This document shows, one piece after another, positions 58,803 to 64,000 of a stretch of 64,000 nt of DNA. Where the stretch lies: assembly GCA_965208535.1 (NCBI GenBank), contig CBDBOU010000003.1:1765-65764 (forward strand), read 5' to 3'. Positions within the stretch are counted from its first letter, which is position 1; every line of letters starts with the position of its first letter. Under the pieces are notes generated by a model. It saw nothing but the letters and a program-made list of their open reading frames with translations, was not told the DNA's origin and ran no database searches. This DNA comes from Vicinamibacterales bacterium (lineage in GTDB: Bacteria > Acidobacteriota > Vicinamibacteria > Vicinamibacterales > UBA8438). The translations under genes were made by a program, and so were the position numbers.

Positions 58803-60221
58803 ATGAGAGAAGTTCACCGGTCGCAGTTACAGATCGGTCAGGTGCCGGTCGAGAGAATCTGGATCAACCCGAAGTCGCGTGACGACATCCCGGCGGTGTT
58901 GAAGGGGCTTCAGCACATTTGGTGCGACGAGGCGTTGCGGGCCCGGCTGTTGGCGCTGCTGGACGAGCATATTCTGCCGGAGGCCGACCGCACGGTCGGG
59001 CGTCCGGGAATGGACCTGTGGCAGATACTGGTGCTGGGAGCGCTGAAGCAGGGACTGGGCTGCGACTTCGACCGTCTTCACGACCTGACGAACCATCATG
59101 AAACGATACGTGCGTTCCTGGGACACGGGGATTTCGATGACAAGACGCGTTACGAGTACCAAACGGTGGTCGACAACGTGTCCTTGTTGACGCCGGAGCT
59201 GCTATCGGCAGTCGGGCGCCTGGTGGTGGAGAGCGGGCACAAGGTAGCAAAAAAAAAGCCTGGCGAGCCATTTCGCGGGCGGTGTGACTCGTTCGTCGTC
59301 GAGACGGACGTGCACTATCCGACGGACGTCAGCCTGTTGTGGGACGCGGTGCGTTGCCTGCTGCGCGAGACGGGGCGTACGGCTGAGCACTACGGGGTGC
59401 GCGGCTGGCGTCAGTGGCGCCATCTGTCGCGGGAGGTCAAGAAGCTGTTCAACAAGGTGCGCTCGACGCGGCGAGCGCAGCGGCATCCGGAGCGGGTGGA
59501 GGCGTATGTTGCGCGCTGCCGGGCGCTGGTGGAGCGCGCAGAGACAACGCTCGACGCGTTGCGGGACCAGGACGTAGGGGAATTGGGCTGTCGGTCCATC
59601 GCAGGCCTCGTCGCTCACGCCCGGCGGCAGATTGACCAGGTGGAGCGGCGTCTTCTGCGTGGCGAGACGATTCCTCACGAGGAGAAGGTCTTTTCGATTT
59701 TCGAGGAACACACGCGTTGGATTTCCAAAGGCAAGGCGGGCACGCCAGTTGAACTCGGGGTTCCTGTCGCTCTTATCGAGGATCAGTATCAATTCATCCT
59801 TCATCACAAGATCCTGTGGGAGGGCGAGGACGTGGACGTGGCGGTCCCGATGGTGCAGGAAGCGCAGGCATTGTATCCGGAGTTACGGGCGTGCAGTTTC
59901 GACCGAGGATTTCACAGCCCCGCCAATCGGGTGCGCCTCGACACACTGCTCGACGTCAATGCGTTGCCGCGGAAAGGGTACCTTTCGAAAGCCGACCGGG
60001 AGCGGGAAGAAGAGGAATCGTTTGCGGCGGCGCGGCGTGCGCATCCGGCGATCGAGTCTGCCATCAACGGGTTGGAGCATCGGGGACTCGACCGTGTCCG
60101 CAGCCATGGCGCGGACGGATTCGCCCGGACAGTTGCTCTATCGGTGCTGGCGGCCAACCTGCATCGCATCGGGTTGCTTCTGCAGAAGCGGGAGCGCAAA
60201 CGACAGCAACGCGTCGCCTGA
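58803..60221 (+). CDS. ISNCY-family DDE transposase
   Basis: KSRDDIP, GRPGMDLW, RCDSFVVETDVHYPTD, KVFSIFEEHT, SFDRGF, HPAIESAIN. An in-frame A9 run encodes AKKKP. Confidence 0.9.
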   Translation: MREVHRSQLQIGQVPVERIWINPKSRDDIPAVLKGLQHIWCDEALRARLLALLDEHILPEADRTVGRPGMDLWQILVLGALKQGLGCDFDRLHDLTNHHETIRAFLGHGDFDDKTRYEYQTVVDNVSLLTPELLSAVGRLVVESGHKVAKKKPGEPFRGRCDSFVVETDVHYPTDVSLLWDAVRCLLRETGRTAEHYGVRGWRQWRHLSREVKKLFNKVRSTRRAQRHPERVEAYVARCRALVERAETTLDALRDQDVGELGCRSIAGLVAHARRQIDQVERRLLRGETIPHEEKVFSIFEEHTRWISKGKAGTPVELGVPVALIEDQYQFILHHKILWEGEDVDVAVPMVQEAQALYPELRACSFDRGFHSPANRVRLDTLLDVNALPRKGYLSKADREREEEESFAAARRAHPAIESAINGLEHRGLDRVRSHGADGFARTVALSVLAANLHRIGLLLQKRERKRQQRVA

Positions 60222-60270
60222 CCACCTGTCTTCGTAGTCAAGGCCGGATTCGGAGCCGGCAGCACGGTCC

Positions 60271-60416
60271 TACTGGTGTGTCCCAGGAAGGACTTTACAC
60301 TTGCCTCTCGTGGCCGACGGCTCGCAGAAACGCCGTATTTCCGGGAGGATTGTGGGCGAGAGCGTCACCGCGCCACGGAAGTTGAACTGCAAACTTGTTC
60401 TAGTGACACACCACTA
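60271..60416 (-). mobile_element. 146-bp IS630-like MITE, copy A (nested in the ISNCY element)
   Basis: Ends TA(C)TGGTGTGTC and GACACACCACTA; an inverted homologue of 60996-61141. Confidence 0.7.
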
Positions 60417-60601
60417 CTGTCCTTGGAATCAGCACATCGGGATGATTTGCTGACCTTCGCCTCTCCGCAGTTCGTCAGGCGCCGTCGTCGCGCCCGGATC
60501 TGTGCCGAAATCGCGGCCATCAGGTCACGAAATGGCGCGGATCTCCGCTTGACACGGGGGTTTTCTGGCCGACACTAAATAGCTAGGATATAAGATGGTA
60601 C

Positions 60602-60857
60602 TGGGGTATCCATGTAACCGGAGCTGCCCCGCGCCGTTGCTCGCCCGGGCGGTCCGTGAAGCACACGCGACGCTCTCGGCGGGCGCACACGCCCCGGGAG
60701 GCTACTGGCGGGGTTCTCCGGCCGCGCTGAGGTCCTGGTCGCGCGCCCCAGGGTTGCGGGCGACGGCGACTTCCAGCACCCGAGAGAGCCTCGCCCGTGC
60801 ACGAGGGTGATCCGTCGCCGCAGCCACGCCCCTGACTCCGGTTAAATGGATACCCCA
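60602..60857. mobile_element. 256-bp MITE with 22-bp terminal inverted repeats
   Basis: TGGGGTATCCAT(G/T)TAACCGGAG inverted repeat (21/22); AAGATGGT is repeated 2 bp outside each end; no coding capacity. Confidence 0.75.
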
Positions 60858-60995
60858 AAAAGATGGTTATGACGTGCGTCATTGACGTGACACCAGACTG
60901 GGAGGCCGGGACGCTTCATCCCCGACGGCGGCCTCTTGTCGGTCCTTCGCCGGGAGCAGGCTGCAACGGGTGGGTCGAGTCCTGGATGAGGGATC

Positions 60996-61141
60996 TAGTG
61001 GTGTGTCACTAGAACAAGTTTGCAGTTCAACACCCGTGGCGTTGCGGCACTGCCGCCCACAATCGCCCCGCAAATTGGGCGTTTCTGCGAGCCGTCGGCC
61101 GCGCGCGGCAAGTGTAAAGTCCTTCCTGGGACACACCACTA
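60996..61141 (+). mobile_element. 146-bp IS630-like MITE, copy B
   Basis: Perfect terminal repeats TAGTGGTGTGTC and GACACACCACTA in a CTAG context. The right end reads CKVLPGTHH*, like an IS630 transposase C-terminus. Confidence 0.72.
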
Positions 61142-61179
61142 GACCGGTCGCGACACCCCGTTGAAGGCGTGCGCTTCCT

Positions 61180-61350
61180 CGCGAACGACGTCGTGGCGGC
61201 GATGCGGGCCGGGAACTTGCGGATCTCAATGCCGTAGAACGGATCGACATCGAGACGACGGACTGGACGGCGACAGCCAATTGTGTGGCCGTAGCCCTGA
61301 GGCTCAGCGGCTGGTCGAACTGCGCGACCGGCGGCTGAAACCGCCGACGG
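61180..61350. pseudogene. Scraps of type IIG/MmeI-like restriction-modification genes
   Basis: Minus-strand LDVDPFYGIEIRKFPARIA and plus-strand AQRLVELRDRRLKPP resemble motifs of that family. Confidence 0.4.
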
Positions 61351-61503
61351 GCGAACCGAACCGCACCCCTCCCGCACACCGCGCGTTGGCCGCCTCGACC
61401 ATGTGGTCCCGGATTGTTCCCGCCATGCCGTAGCCCCCGGACACCCGAATGTACGATCTCTCGTCCTCCTGCATCACTGTCCGACCTGCGCCGGGCGCAT
61501 CGG

Positions 61504-61920
61504 ATGACGGCACAGACGCAGACGATCGCACAATTGTCACGTGTTCTCGACGTTGACGAGCGCAGGGTCTCCAGGACCGCGCGGCGGGTACTGGGCCTGA
61601 GCGCGGCGATGGTTCGACATCCGGCACTGGCGCTCTCGCGCAACCACTGCCGGCAGGTCGCGCAGGCGCTCGGCAAGTCGGACCCGTGGGCGTCTGCATC
61701 GCGAGCATTCACGCTGTCCAATCCAACGGCGGCGCGACGGCCGGTGTTGAAGCGCGACCCCTGCGCGAGGGGCGAGCTGACGTTCTCCAGCCTGCCGCGC
61801 GCCGTGTGGGTTCACCCCGAGGTTCCCGATGGCCTCGGCGGGATGACGCCGCTGCGCCAGCGATTGGGCATCGTGCTGCAACACTTGGCCGCGCACGGGC
61901 GCACGACCGTGGTGAAGGGT
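61504..61920 (+). pseudogene. 5' part of an unknown gene interrupted by IS21
   Basis: Coding-like frame (..RQRLGIVLQHLAAHGRTTVVKG) that ends exactly at the TGT end of the IS21 element. Confidence 0.4.
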
Positions 61921-61991
61921 GTTGTCGAGCTCGAGGAAGTGATCATTTCTGAAGTGCCGTCGACTGGTTGAGGACGACCCTGCTGATCGCG

Positions 61992-62792
61992 TCATTCGGT
62001 TTCTTCGTCGCGAGGCGGACGCTGGCGGTTGCGCTCCTGCTGGCTGAGTTCAGCCTCCCGGCGACGAAAGCTGCGTCCTTCGATGCGAAGGATCTCGACG
62101 TGGTGGGTCAGCCGGTCGATCAGGGCGACGGCGCACGAGGCGTTGGGAAAGACGGTGTCCCAGTTCTTGAAAGGCAGGTTGGTGGTGATGAGCAGGGAGC
62201 GGTGCTCGTAGCGTCGGCTGACGAGCTGGAAGATCAGGTCCGCGGCGCGGGCGTCGTAGGCGAGGTAGCCCAGTTCGTCGACGCACAAGATCGCCGGGCG
62301 GGTGTAGTGGCGCAGGCGGCGTTCGAGTGCGCGTGCGGTCTCCTGTCCGTTGAGGTCGAGCAGCAAGTCGGCGGCGGTGGTGAAGAGTGCGGAGTGTCCG
62401 GCGAGGACAGCCTGGTGGGCAATGTTCTTCGCCAGCATTGTCTTTCCGAGGCCTTGCGCGCCGAGAATCACGACGTTGTCGCCGCGGTTGAGGAAGTCGA
62501 GCGAGAGGATGCGTTCGAGGGCGGTCCGGTCCAGCGCGGTGGGCCAGTCCCAGTCCCAGTCGGCGAGCGGCTTGAAGCGTCCGAGTCGGGCGCGCTTGAG
62601 TCGGCTCTCGACGCTGCGGCGCTGTTTTTCCTCGAGTTCGGCAGCGACGATGTGTTCGAGCAGCACGGTATGGCTCCAGCGCTTTCGGGTGGCCAGGGCG
62701 ATGAGGTCATTGAGCTGGTCGGCGGTGTAGTTGAGCCCGAGTCGCCGGAGGTCAGTCTGCAGCGTCGTCGTGGTCGTGTCGTCCGAGGGCAT
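61992..62792 (-). CDS. istB: IS21 helper ATPase IstB
   Basis: Walker A GAQGLGKT, LCVDELGY, RRYEHRSLLITTN, LIDRLTHH, GRSFR. Confidence 0.95.
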   Translation of the reverse strand: MPSDDTTTTTLQTDLRRLGLNYTADQLNDLIALATRKRWSHTVLLEHIVAAELEEKQRRSVESRLKRARLGRFKPLADWDWDWPTALDRTALERILSLDFLNRGDNVVILGAQGLGKTMLAKNIAHQAVLAGHSALFTTAADLLLDLNGQETARALERRLRHYTRPAILCVDELGYLAYDARAADLIFQLVSRRYEHRSLLITTNLPFKNWDTVFPNASCAVALIDRLTHHVEILRIEGRSFRRREAELSQQERNRQRPPRDEETE

Positions 62793-64000
62793 CGTAGGTC
62801 TCCAGGTCGTGAGGCTGGACATCGAGGTCACGCAGTCCGGGCCGGTCGGGCAGGGTGAGTCGGAGCGGGGGCTTGAGTCCGCGCTGCCGGCGTCGGGTTT
62901 CGAGGATGTGGGTGATCGAGCCGGCGCCGAGGGCGTCGCGTTCGAGGGCGATGTCGACGGCGTTGGCCAGTTCCTCGGGTCCGTAGTCGTCGAGCAGTGC
63001 GAGCAGCCGGGTGGCGTGCGGCCGCAGGGCCTCTCCACGCTGTGCGAGTCGTTCGAAGAGCGTGGTGGTGGCGGGAACGGCGGCGCGCAGCCGGTCGCGG
63101 GTGGTGTGGACGTTGGCCTGGCGGGTAGCCGCCAGCAGGCCTTCCAGATGGTCGGAGTCCTCGACGGTCAGTCCGGTGTCGTAGGTGCGGTGATGGTTGG
63201 CCAGCTCGGTCTGTCCGTCGAGGATGCGGATGCGGGTGGCTGAGGCGACCAGGGTCAGCGGCTTGCGGACGTGGGTGTGGGGGATCGAGTAGAGATTGCG
63301 GTCGAAGCGGACGTAGGGGGTCTTTCCGGAGCGGACGGCGCGCACCAGGTCGGTCTCGAAGGGATTGGCGGGCAGCGGCAGCAGGCGGGGCTTCTCCTCG
63401 GCCCAGACCTCGGCGACACTGCGATTGGGCTGATCGGGATGCGGCCGCCGGTGGGCGACCTCGTCGCGCCAGCGCCGGAACTGGGCGTTGATGTCATCGA
63501 GGTCGCGGAAGGGACGGGCGGCGAAGTAGGCGTGGCGTAGATATTGAATTTTCCTCTCGATTTTCCCCTTCTCATTTGGCCGTCCCGGCGTGCAGGGGTG
63601 GGGCGCGAAGTGGTAGTGGCCGGCGAGCTCGAGCAGGCGGGGATGAAACTGCACGGCGGCGCCGCGGCGGTCGAGCACGGCGCTGCGCAGGTTGTCGTAC
63701 ACGAGGTTTCTCGCGACACCGCCCAGCGCGTCGAAGGCGTGGACGTGCCCGCGGAGGAAGCTCTCCAGCGTCTGGTCGAGGGTGAACAGCGCGGCCAGCG
63801 CCCGGGAGTAGCCGAGGACCATGACAAATCCGGAGACCGTGCGCGTGCCGGCGCCGATGCGGACCTTGCCGAACGAGCCCCAGTCGACCTGTGCGGACTC
63901 GCCGGCCAGGGTGACGACCCGGCGGTAGACGGCGCGGCTGGTCTCGGGCCGCAGGCGCCGCACGAGTTTGCGTACGGGGAAAACGGAACCCGCATAGCCA
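62752..64000 (-). CDS. istA: IS21 transposase IstA (5' end outside the window)
   Basis: AQVDWG, VLGYSR, VYDNLRSAV, PNEKGKIER, VRFDRNLYSIP. Confidence 0.93.
   Translation of the reverse strand, partial: GYAGSVFPVRKLVRRLRPETSRAVYRRVVTLAGESAQVDWGSFGKVRIGAGTRTVSGFVMVLGYSRALAALFTLDQTLESFLRGHVHAFDALGGVARNLVYDNLRSAVLDRRGAAVQFHPRLLELAGHYHFAPHPCTPGRPNEKGKIERKIQYLRHAYFAARPFRDLDDINAQFRRWRDEVAHRRPHPDQPNRSVAEVWAEEKPRLLPLPANPFETDLVRAVRSGKTPYVRFDRNLYSIPHTHVRKPLTLVASATRIRILDGQTELANHHRTYDTGLTVEDSDHLEGLLAATRQANVHTTRDRLRAAVPATTTLFERLAQRGEALRPHATRLLALLDDYGPEELANAVDIALERDALGAGSITHILETRRRQRGLKPPLRLTLPDRPGLRDLDVQPHDLETYDALGRHDHDDAAD

Larger units (their letters stand above)
58658..60575 (+). mobile_element. ISNCY (ISDol1-like) insertion sequence
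   Basis: Inverted repeats GTGTTCGGTCGAAAACCCC and GGGGTTTTCTGGCCGACAC; 6-bp TAAATA duplication (58652-58657 and 60576-60581). Confidence 0.87.
26791..60908. mobile_element. Putative degenerate integrative element / genomic island
   Basis: Direct repeat GACTGGGAG(T/G)CCG at 26791-26803 and 60896-60908. Tandem GGCTGGCAG motifs lie inside both ends. The PQQ gene breaks at the left repeat and seems to resume at the right one. No integrase is present inside. Confidence 0.5.
61920..64000 (-). mobile_element. IS21-family insertion sequence (runs off the window)
   Basis: istA-istB pair; TGT terminus at 61920. Confidence 0.88.

Noticed and set aside
59249-59257. A9 run in the ISNCY transposase as a programmed frameshift
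   Set aside because: The ORF is already continuous through it.
60603-60616. MITE terminal repeat shares GGTATCCAT with the donor guide of the first IS110
   Set aside because: Only a 9-10 nt match, and the CT core and right half of the donor are missing; probably chance.

Overview
GC-rich (about 70%) bacterial accessory region. The gene families (FG-GAP/CRTAC1, PQQ dehydrogenase, TMTC-TPR, Calx-beta/cadherin autotransporters) suggest an Acidobacteriota-like host-associated symbiont, which is an inference. In order: (1) a decaying minus-strand operon of TolC/MFP/RND efflux genes, two atypical P450s, an MpaB/Lcp-type heme oxygenase and an idi remnant, lying between two P4-type integrase fragments and with an ISAzo13 in its upstream region; (2) a 2.8-kaa lectin-tipped adhesin autotransporter; (3) a putative 34-kb integrative element (about 26.8-60.9 kb) that appears to split a PQQ-dehydrogenase gene. 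It carries an operon encoding a 5880-aa Thr-rich adhesin (about 44 x 106-aa repeats), a polyprenol-phosphate-mannose synthase and a TMTC-like O-mannosyltransferase, which looks like a bacterial version of the animal DPM1/TMTC cadherin O-mannosylation pathway. Both adhesins are preceded by the same promoter-like cassette and a (GCGCAGA)n slippage tract. There are many IS elements (ISAzo13, IS1380, IS256, two IS110, ISNCY, IS21) and MITEs, and one IS110 has a bridge RNA whose guides can be read from the sequence. No tRNA, rRNA or CRISPR array was seen. All family calls come from motif recognition, not database searches.
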